This document shows positions 53,783 through 64,000 of a stretch of DNA of 64,000 nucleotides, piece by piece. The notes under the pieces were generated by a model. The model was not told the DNA's origin and made no database searches. It saw only the letters and a program-made list of their open reading frames with translations. The DNA comes from Eledone cirrhosa (taxonomy: Eukaryota): positions 133,858,001 through 133,922,000 of the forward strand of contig OZ024745.1 of the NCBI GenBank assembly GCA_964016885.1, in the 5' to 3' direction. Numbering within the stretch: the stretch's first letter is position 1; every line of letters begins with the position of its first letter. The translations under genes and the position numbers were made by a program.

Positions 53783-55682
53783 CTGTATAGTACACATTAT
53801 ATATACATGTTATCTGTATAGTACACATTATATATACATGTTATGTGTATAGTACACATTATATATACATGTTATCTGTATAGTACACATTATATATACA
53901 TGTTATCTGTATAGTACACATTATATATACATGTTATGTGTATAGTACACATTATATGGGAGTATCGGTAGAGGGTCGGACGCCATGCTTTCCAGCATAG
54001 TTACGTCCCTTTATGATCTGAGTTCAAATCCCGCCGAGGTTGACTTTGCCTTTCATCCTTACGGGGTCGATAACATAAAGTACCAGTAATGCACTGGGTG
54101 ATTGCTGGCCTTGTGCCTAAAGTAGAAACAATTATATATACATGTTATGTGTATAGTACACATTATATATACATGTTATCTGTATAGTACACATTATATA
54201 TACATGTTATCTGTATAGTACACAATATATATACATGTTATCTGTATAGTACACATTATATATACATGTTATGTGTATAGTACACATTATATATACATGG
54301 TATGTGTATAGTACACATTATATATACATGTTATCTGTATAGTACACATTATATGTACATGTTATCTGTATAGTACACTTTATATATACATGGTATCTGT
54401 ATAGTACACATTATATATACATGTTATCTGTATAGTACACTTTATATATACATGGTATCTGTATAGTACACATTATATATACATGTTATCTGTATAGTAC
54501 ACATTATATATACATGTTATCTGTATAGTACACATTATATATACATGTTATGTGTATAGTACACATTATATATACATGTTATGTGTATTGTACACATTAT
54601 ATATACATGTTATCTGTATAGTACACATTATATATACATGTTATCTGTATAGTACACATTATATATACATGTTATCTGTATAGTACACATTATATATACA
54701 TGTTATGTGTATAGTACACATTATATATACATGTTATGTGTATTGTACACATTATATATACATGTTATCTGTATAGTACACATTATATATACATGTTATC
54801 TGTATAGTACACATTATATATACATGTTATCTGTATAGTACACATTATATATACATGTTATGTGTATAGTACACATTATATATACATGTTATGTGTATTG
54901 TACACATTATATATACATGTTATCTGTATAGTACACAGTATATATACATGGTATGTGTATAGTACACATTATATGTACATGTTATCTGTATAGTACACAT
55001 TATATATACATGTTATCTGTATAGTACACATTATATATACATGTTATCTGTATAGTACACATTATATATACATGTTATGTGTATAGTACACATTATATGT
55101 ACATGTTATCTGTATAGTACACATTATATGTACATGTTATCTGTATAGTACACATTATATATACATGTTATGTGTATAGTACACATTATATATACATGTT
55201 ATGTGTATAGTACACATTATATATACATGTTATCTGTATAGTACACATTATATGTACATGTTATCTGTATAGTACACATTATATGTACATGTTATGTGTA
55301 TAGTACACATTATATATACATGTTATGTGTATAGTACACAATATATATACATGTTATCTGTATAGTACACATTATATGTACATGTTATGTGTATAGTACA
55401 CAATATATATACATGTTATGTGTATAGTACACAATATATATACATGTTATCTGTATAGTACACATTATATATATACATGTTATGTGTATAGTACACATTA
55501 TATATACATGGTATGTGTATAGTACACATTATATATACATGTTATCTGTATAGTACACATTATATATACATGTTATGTGTATAGTACACATTATATATAC
55601 ATGTTATCTGTATAGTACACATTATATATACATGGTATGTGTATAGTACACATTATATATACATGTTATCTGTATAGTACAC
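53783..55682. repeat. 31-bp satellite array, about 55 copies
   Basis: Unit TGTATAGTACACATTATATATACATGTTAT(C/G). Confidence 0.97.
53958..54133 (+). mobile_element. SINE family A inserted in the 31-bp satellite
   Basis: Slightly 5'-truncated copy; ATTATAT on both sides. Confidence 0.9.
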
Positions 55683-55826
55683 AACAAAGAATAGTTTTTG
55701 TAATTTTGTACTTGACTGCTTTCGCTTAAAAGAGTTTTTCAAAAGTTTTTCCGTGTCTAATTTACTAAGCTTTTTCAAATCTTTATTTCATAAATGAATA
55801 TATATATATAGAAATACTTACACATT

Positions 55827-56051
<225 letters not shown>

Positions 56052-56139
56052 GTTTGATTTGTTGCTGTCTTCGATTAGCCTTAGGTAAGTATTGATAGAT
56101 CAGAACTATCGTGTCACTAATGAACAATAGAACGGTGTT

Positions 56140-56597
56140 AGATGCTCTGAAATAGCGATGTATATATGAATTTGTCGAAAAAAGAAGTGACATAGTTACT
56201 ATTTGAAAACGTAATGTCTTCAAAATGTGTTTAATTAAGCATACAGTGTATTGCAAAATACACTATATATACATTCATATATATATCGCTATTTCAGAGC
56301 ACCAATTCTAATTTTCAACTTTTGCTGGACCAGCAATCGCTCTGTATAATCACTTCCTGATTATTACTGGAATTCTATAAGAATCCAACATTTATAATTT
56401 TCAACAAACAAGGCGAGTGCTAGGCTCTGACGAATACCAACGGTATGAAACAGAGATCTGTCAGCTTATCTCCCTTTGTTTGTTGAAAAAAGAAGTAAGT
56501 GACATAGTCACTACTTTAAAACAATAGCGGAAGGTCTTCAAAATGTTTTTCATTAAGCATACAGTGTATTGCCAAATATACTATATATACATTCATA

Positions 56598-56605
<8 letters not shown>
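56140..56605 (+). mobile_element. ORF-less pLTR-like element with direct and inverted terminal duplications
   Basis: 56177-56284 is repeated at about 56485-56600; 56143-56172 is the reverse complement of about 56272-56301; contains the hammerhead; ends at (TA)n. Confidence 0.65.
56397..56490 (+). ncRNA. Canonical type I hammerhead ribozyme with extended stem I
   Basis: TAGGCT(56421-26)/AGCTTA(56463-68); CTGACGA; ATACC-AAC-GGTAT; GAAA; CAG-AGAT-CTG; GUC triplet; distal helix TTTTCAACAAACAA/TTGTTTGTTGAAAA. Confidence 0.88.
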
Positions 56606-56664
<59 letters not shown>

Positions 56665-57139
56665 TGTACCCCCGGCATTCGCGGGACCGACATTCATGAT
56701 ACCAGTTATTTGCAGTATTTTCGTTAGAACCTAACTAATAATTGTTCGTGGAAACCACCGCATATTCGCGGAATCGTAACTATCGTGGCAATATATATAA
56801 TTTTAACGCTAAATTATTAATAACTGTTTGTACTTTAGGCACAAGGCCAGCAATTACCCAGTGCATTTAATAACAACTAGACCACATGTCACCCGTTGTG
56901 TCATGTTCACTTCAAAATAATTTTTAAATAATTAAAATATACACAGACATGTATATAATCTGAAATGAGACTGGAAGGCCTATATATATACGTGTGTAGG
57001 TATATATATTTAAATGAGTGTGTGTATACATATATATGTATGTGTGTATATATATATATATATGTGGGTGTCTGTGATCTATGTACACTGGTCATAGACA
57101 CACACACTATACACACACATATATATATATACACTCACT

Positions 57140-57207
<68 letters not shown>

Positions 57208-57345
57208 GGAGGTGAGTTTTATTGTAGTACAATAAAGCAATTTTGAAATTGCCACAATACTTATCAACATACACTTTTTTGACGTTAGAATATTCATCCG
57301 CAATTATTATTTTTTCTCTCTATCTTCATACATAAACTGCCTTTC

Positions 57346-57800
57346 TTTCCTCGTACATATTTTTCCCTTCGTTAATTTTCAAATTCTTTTAATTTATACA
57401 TTATCTTCCAACGGTTCTCAACCTCTCTATGTAAAACAATATATCTTTTCTCAGTTATAAAAACTATCTCTTTCTCTCTATCACCCATCTCTCCCTCTCC
57501 ACCTTCACTCTCATCTCCTCCCCTTTTTTCATCCTTTCCACCCCTCCTCCCTAAATAAAATATTTTTTCCTCGTACATATTTTTCCCTTCGTTAATTTTC
57601 AAATTCTTTTAATTTATACATTATCTTCCAACGGTTTTCAACCTCTCTATGTAAAACAATATATCTTCTCTCAGTTATAAAAACTATCTCTTTCTCTCTA
57701 TCACCCATCTCTCCCTCTCCACCTTCACTCTCATCTCCTCCCCTTTTTCATCCTTTCCGCCACCACCACCACCCCCCTCTCTAAATAAAATATTTTTCCC
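57346..57800. repeat. 220-bp direct tandem duplication within a TA-flanked pLTR-like insert (about 57205-57992)
   Basis: TTTCCTCGTACATATTTTTCCC starts at 57346 and 57566; the copies are nearly identical. Confidence 0.92.
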
Positions 57801-57890
57801 AATATCACACATCAATCTAAAACCACTTTTCATATGTTGATTTAAAACTGCACTATCCACAAGTGTTTTTTAGCCTTCATATCATGTTCT

Positions 57891-57959
57891 GTTTTATCTG
57901 ATGAAAACACAAATATTATTGCATGATGATGTTTGTTTTTGAAATGCGCATAATAAAAT
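57891..57959 (+). ncRNA. Type I hammerhead ribozyme
   Basis: GTTTTAT(57891-97), CTGATGA, AAACA...TGTTT, GAAA(57941-44), palindromic ATGCGCAT, A17, ATAAAAT(57953-59); element ends at (TA)n about 40 nt downstream. Confidence 0.82.
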
Positions 57960-57990
57960 ACATGGAACTCCTTTAACCATCTTTTGATCT

Positions 57991-58029
<39 letters not shown>

Positions 58030-58149
58030 AACACCACCAGCTCTCTTCCATTCTCCTTCTCTTTCTCCTCTCCCTCTCTCTATGTCTCTCTTTCAATCTA
58101 CTCTCTCACAACCACTATCTCTTCCCCTCTATCTTTCCTTCTCCTTATT

Positions 58150-58345
58150 TATGAAAGCACCTGAAAAACCCTATATCCCGGGAACCCGTGGTCCGATTTA
58201 CGCGAAATTTGTTTTATTCCATTTGTATTCCCATTTCAGGGCAACTTCCTTTCAAAGTATTTTCCCATTATGCGCCCTTTTGGCTGTATTACATTACAGA
58301 CAAGGAAGCAAACAAGCAATCACAGACTTTTAGTATTATATAGAT
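58150..58345 (-). mobile_element. Helitron-like 5' terminal fragment
   Basis: Minus strand begins A|TCTATATAATACTAAAAGTCTGT and contains AAATTTCGCGTAAATCGG; resembles invertebrate non-autonomous Helitron heads. Confidence 0.4.
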
Positions 58346-58640
58346 GTGATATTAAATAAAGTACCAGTAATGGACTGGGTAATTGCTGGCCTTGTGCCAA
58401 AAGTAGAAACAAGTATTATATAGATGTGTATCGTATTTGCCGGTCTATTAGACGCCCCTTCGCATAAGACGCTCCCTCTTTTTTATTATATTTTACGTTA
58501 GGAATTTTTATGAACCACGTCCAACAGTCGTGGTTTTTCACTCTTTGCGGGAGCTCTAGGAACGTAAGTCCCGCGAATACTGGGGGACAACTGTGTAAAT
58601 ATACAAACAGGCATATTATACATACATATATGTATGTATA

Positions 58641-58826
58641 ATTGTTTCTACTTTTGGCACAAGGCCAGCAAATACCCAGTACATTACTGGTACTTTATTT
58701 TATCCGTAAGGATGAAAGGCAAAGTTAACCTCGGCGGGATTTGAACTCAGACCATAAAGGGCGGTAACTCTATGCTGCAAAGCATGGCGTCCGACCTTCT
58801 AACGATACTGCCAATCCACCGCCCGT
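58641..58826 (-). mobile_element. SINE family A with 12-bp TSD
   Basis: TGTATGTATAAT at 58631-58642 and 58827-58838. Confidence 0.9.
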
Positions 58827-59466
58827 TGTATGTATAATAGCAGTTAAATATACTCTCATTGTACAAATATTTGTCTATGTATATAAGAATTATCCTACAT
58901 GGTTGCTGTGGCTACTATCACTATTGTTGTCGTTCGAACGTTCGAAATAAGCTCACCTGTATTGACTGCCGACTAATTATTTTTATCAACTTCCTAGTAT
59001 CGTATCCCTCTCCCTTAATAGGTCACCTCTAAAGAATTACTTTCGAAGAAAATAGAACCACGCCGACAGTTTGACTAGTATAGTGAGATATCATAATTAG
59101 AGTTACACGTAGAATGTACTGTATAATTAACAAACTCACCTAATTACTATCATTTGTTCAAATTTCCTAACCGTTTCATGACAACGTAGACCACCTCTAG
59201 CGTCCAGTCTCTCGCGACTATTCTAATTAATGCTATCATTTACTCTTTCACAACACGTGTAACGCCATTAACATTGTCTTGTATAGTTACTAATTATAAA
59301 CAAAGTACTTAATAGACAATAGTAGATGTTTGTCTATAGTTTGCTGAACTACCAACCAAATTGTTGACTATTTCTATTATATTATCTGCTACACATGATG
59401 AATACAGTTGCGATACATATCAATACCAGTGGATATATCTAGCAGAAGAATAGCTTTTATTGGCAG

Positions 59467-62400
59467 CACTGTAAATAACAACACTGTAAATAACAACACT
59501 GTAAATAACAAAACTGTAACTAACAACACTGTAACTAACAACACTGTAACTAACAACACTCGAACTAACAACACTGTAACTAACAACACTGTAACTAACA
59601 ACACTGTAAATAACAACACTGTAACTAACAACACTGTGAATAACAACACTGTAAATAACAACACTGTAAATAACAACACTGTAAATAACAACACTGTAAA
59701 TAACAAGACTGTAACTAACAACACTGTAAATAACAACACTGTAACTAACAACGCTGTAACTAACAACACTGTAAATAACAACACTGTAACTAACAACACT
59801 GTAAATAATAACACTGTAACTAACAACACTGTAAATAACAACACTGTAAATAACAACACTGTAAATAACAACACTGTAAATAATAACACTCTAACTAACA
59901 ACACTGTAAATAACAACACTGTAAATAACAACACTGTAAATAATAACACTGTAACTAACAACACTGTAAATAACAACACTGTAAATAACAACACTGTAAA
60001 TAATAACACTGTAACTAACAACACTGTAAATAACAACACTGTAAATAACAACACTGTAAATAACAACACTGTAAATAATAACACTCTAACTAACAACACT
60101 GTAAATAACAACACTGTAAATAACAACAATGTAAATAATAACACTGTAACTAACAACACTGTAAATAACAACAATGTAAATAACAACACTGTAACTAACA
60201 ACACTCTAACTAACAACACTGTAAATAACAACACTGTAAATAACAACACTGTAACTAACAACACTGTAACTAACAACACTGTAACTAACAACACTGTAAA
60301 TAACAACACTGTAAATAACAACACTGTAACTAACAACACTCTAACTAACAACACTGTAAATAACAACACTGTAACTAACAACACTGTAAATAACAACACT
60401 GTAAATAACAACACTGTAACTAACAACACTCTAACTAACAACACTGTAAATAACAACACTGTAACTAACAACACTGTAAATAACAACACTGTAACTAACA
60501 ACACTGTAACTAACAACACTGTAACTAATAATACTATAACTAACAACACTGTAACTAACAACACTGTAATTAACAACACTGTAACTAACAACACTATAAA
60601 TAACAACACTGTAAATAACAACACTGTAAATAACAACACTGTAACTAACAACACTGTAACTAACAACACTGTAATTAACAACACTGTAACTAACAACACT
60701 ATAAATAACAACACTGTAAATAACAACACTGTAAATAACAACACTGTAACTAACAACACTGTAAATAACAACACTGTAACTAACAACACTGTAACTAACA
60801 ACACTGTAAATAACAACACTGTAACTAACAACACTGTAAATAACAACACTGTAAGTAACAACACTGTAAATAACAACACTGTAACTAACAACACTGTAAA
60901 TAACAACACTGTAAATAACAACACTGTAACTAACAACACTATAAATAACAACACTGTAAATAACAACACTGTAAATAACAACACTGTAACTAACAACACT
61001 GTAAATAACAAAACTGTAAATAACAACACTGTAAATAACAACACCGTAACTAACAACACTGTAAATAACAACACTGTAAATAACAACACTAAATAACAAC
61101 ACTGTAAATGACAACACTGTAAATAACAACACTGTAAATAACAACACTAAATAACAACACTGTAAATGACAACACTGTAAATAACAACACTGTAAATAAC
61201 AACACTGTAACTAACAACACTGTAAATAACAACACTGTAAATAACAACACCGTAAATAACAACACTGTAACTAACAACACTGTAAATAACAACACTGTAA
61301 CTAACAACACTGTAACTAACAACACTGTAAATAACAACACTGTAACTAAAAACACTAAATAACAACACTGTAAATAACAACACTGTAAATAACAACACTG
61401 TAACTAACAACACTGTAACTAACAACACTGTAAATAACAACACTGTAACTAACAACACTGTAAATAACAACACTGTAAATAACAACACTGTAACTAACAA
61501 CACTGTAAATAACAACACTGTAAATAACAACACTGTAAATAACAACACTGTAAATAACAACACTGTAACTAACAACACTGTAACTAACAACACTGTAAAT
61601 AACAACACTGTAACTAACAACACTGTAAATAACAACACTGTAACTAACAACACTGTAACTAACAACACTGTAAATAACAACACTGTAACTAACAACACTG
61701 TAACTAACAACACTGTAAATAACAACACTGTAACTAACAACACTGTAAATAACAACACTGTAACTAACAACACTGTAAATAACAACACTGTAAATAACAA
61801 CACTGTAACTAACAACGCTCTAACTAACAACACTGTAACTAACAACACTGTAAATAACAACACTGTAAATAACAACACTGTAACTAACAACACTGTAACT
61901 AACAACACTGTAAATAAAAAAACTGTAAATAACAACACTGTAAATAACAACACTCTAACTAACAACACTGTAACTAACAACACTGTAAATAACAACACTG
62001 TAACTAAAAACACTAAATAACAAAACTGTAAATAACAACACTGTAAATAACAACACTGTAACTAACAACACTGTAACTAACAACACTGTAAATAACAAAA
62101 CTGTAAATAACAACACTGTAAATAACAACACTGTAAATAACAACACTGTAACTAACAACACTGTAAATAACAACACTGTAAATAACAACACTGTAACTAA
62201 CAACACTCTAACTAACAACACTGTAACTAACAACACTGTAAATAACAACACTGTAACTAAAAACACTAAATAACAACACTGTAAATAACAACACTGTAAA
62301 TAACAACACTGTAACTAACAACACTGTAACTAACAACACTGTAAATAACAACACTGTAAATAACAACACTGTAAATAAAAACACTGTAACTAACAACACT

Positions 62401-64000
62401 GTAACTAACAACACTGTAAATAACAACACTGTAAATAACAACACTGTAAATAACAACACTGTAACTAACAACACTGTAACTAACAACACTGTAAATAACA
62501 ACACTGTAAATAACAACACTGTAACTAACAACACTGTAAATAACAACACTGTAAATAACAACACTGTAACTAACAACACTCTAACTAACAACACTGTAAC
62601 TAACAACACTGTAAATAACAACACTGTAACTAAAAACACTAAATAACAACACTGTAAATAACAACACTGTAAATAACAACACTGTAACTAACAACACTGT
62701 AACTAACAACACTGTAAATAACAACACTGTAAATAACAACACTGTAAATAACAACACTGTAACTAACAACACTGTAACTAACAACACTGTAAATAACAAC
62801 ACTGTAAATAACAACACTGTAACTAACAACACTGTAAATAACAACACTGTAAATAACAACACTGTAAATAACAACGCTGTAACTAACAACACTGTAAATA
62901 ACAACACTGTAAATAACAACACTGTAAATAACAACACTGTAACTAACAACACTGTAAATAACAACACTGTAAATAACAACACTGTAACTAACAACACTGT
63001 AACTAACAACACTCTAACTAACAACACTCTAACTAACAACACTGTAACTAACAACACTGTAAATGACAACACTGTAACTAACAACACTGTAACTAACAAC
63101 ACTAAATAACGACACTGTAAATAACAACACTGTAAATAACAACACTGTAAATAACAAAACTGTAAATAACAACACTAAATAACAACACTGTAAATAACAA
63201 CACTGTAACTAACAACACTGTAAATAACAACACTGTAAATAACAACACTGTAACTAACAACACTGTAACTAACAACACTGTAACTAACAACACTGTAAAT
63301 AACAACACTGTAACTAACGACACTGTAAATAACAACACTGTAAATAACAACACTGTAACTAACAACACTGTAACTAACAACACTGTAACTAACAACACTG
63401 TAACTAACAACACTGTAAATAACAACACTGTAAATAACAACACTGTAACTAACAACACTGTAACTAACAACACTGTAAATAACAACACTGTAACTAACAA
63501 CACTGTAAATAACAACACTGTAAATAACAACACTGTAAATAACAACACTATAAATAACAACACTGTAACTAACAACACTGTAAATAACAACACTGTAAAT
63601 AACAACACTGTAACTAACAACACTGTAACTAACAACACTGTAAATAACAACACTGTAACTAACAACACTGTAAATAACAACACTGTAACTAACAACACTG
63701 TAAATAACAAGACTGTAACTAACAACACTGTAACTAACAACACTGTAACTAACAACACTGTAAATAACAACACTGTAAATAACAACACTGTAAATAACAA
63801 CACTGTAACTAACAACACTGTAAATAACAACACTGTAAATAACAACACTGTAACTAACAACACTGTAACTAACAACACTGTAACTAGCAACACTGTAAAT
63901 AACAACACTGTAACTAACAACACTGTAAATGACACTTTAACAAACAACACTCTAACTAACAACACTCTAAATAACAACACTGTAAATAATAACACTGTAA
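59467..64000. repeat. 15-bp satellite array, more than 4.5 kb, running off the window end
   Basis: Unit CACTGTAA(A/C)TAACAA with occasional 13-bp deletion variants. Confidence 0.98.

Larger units (their letters stand above)
56664..58593. mobile_element. Pair of pogo/Tigger-like terminal inverted repeats enclosing nested insertions
   Basis: GTACCCCCGGCATTCGCGGGAC (about 56666) versus GTCCCGCGAATACTGGGGGACAACTG (58568-58593); no transposase seen. Confidence 0.5.

Noticed and set aside
59389-63995. Long VLLFT / NNNTV ORFs
   Set aside because: Translations of a stop-free 15-bp satellite, open on both strands and broken by 2-bp deletions.

Overview
AT-rich, microsatellite-saturated eukaryotic DNA, most consistent with an intron or intergenic region of an octopus or other cephalopod (inferred from the repeat landscape, not checked against a database). 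No host gene could be identified with confidence; most long ORFs in the track are translations of simple repeats. The window is dominated by several distinct families of Penelope-like retroelements (PLEs). Three carry RT plus GIY-YIG ORFs with Naiad-type motifs (8570-10408 -, about 23260-25310 -, about 35363-37110 +). There is also an endonuclease-only remnant between about 1-kb inverted arms (32199-34615) and several miniature derivatives. Nearly all sit in (TA)n microsatellites, and six share one architecture: an inverted duplication of the pseudo-LTR end plus an unpaired tail of about 55-110 nt on one arm only. By manual base-pairing I found type I hammerhead ribozyme folds at nine positions (seven distinct sequences). 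Several are atypical, with long stem II insertions, unpaired stem II closing bases or a CAGAAGA core. Also present are degenerate R4-, RTE- and CRE-type LINE fragments, two tRNA-derived SINE families, a non-autonomous Helitron filled with a minisatellite, pogo/Tigger-like TIRs, and tandem repeats with 15, 18, 27, 31, 35, 48, about 50, 71 and 220 bp units.
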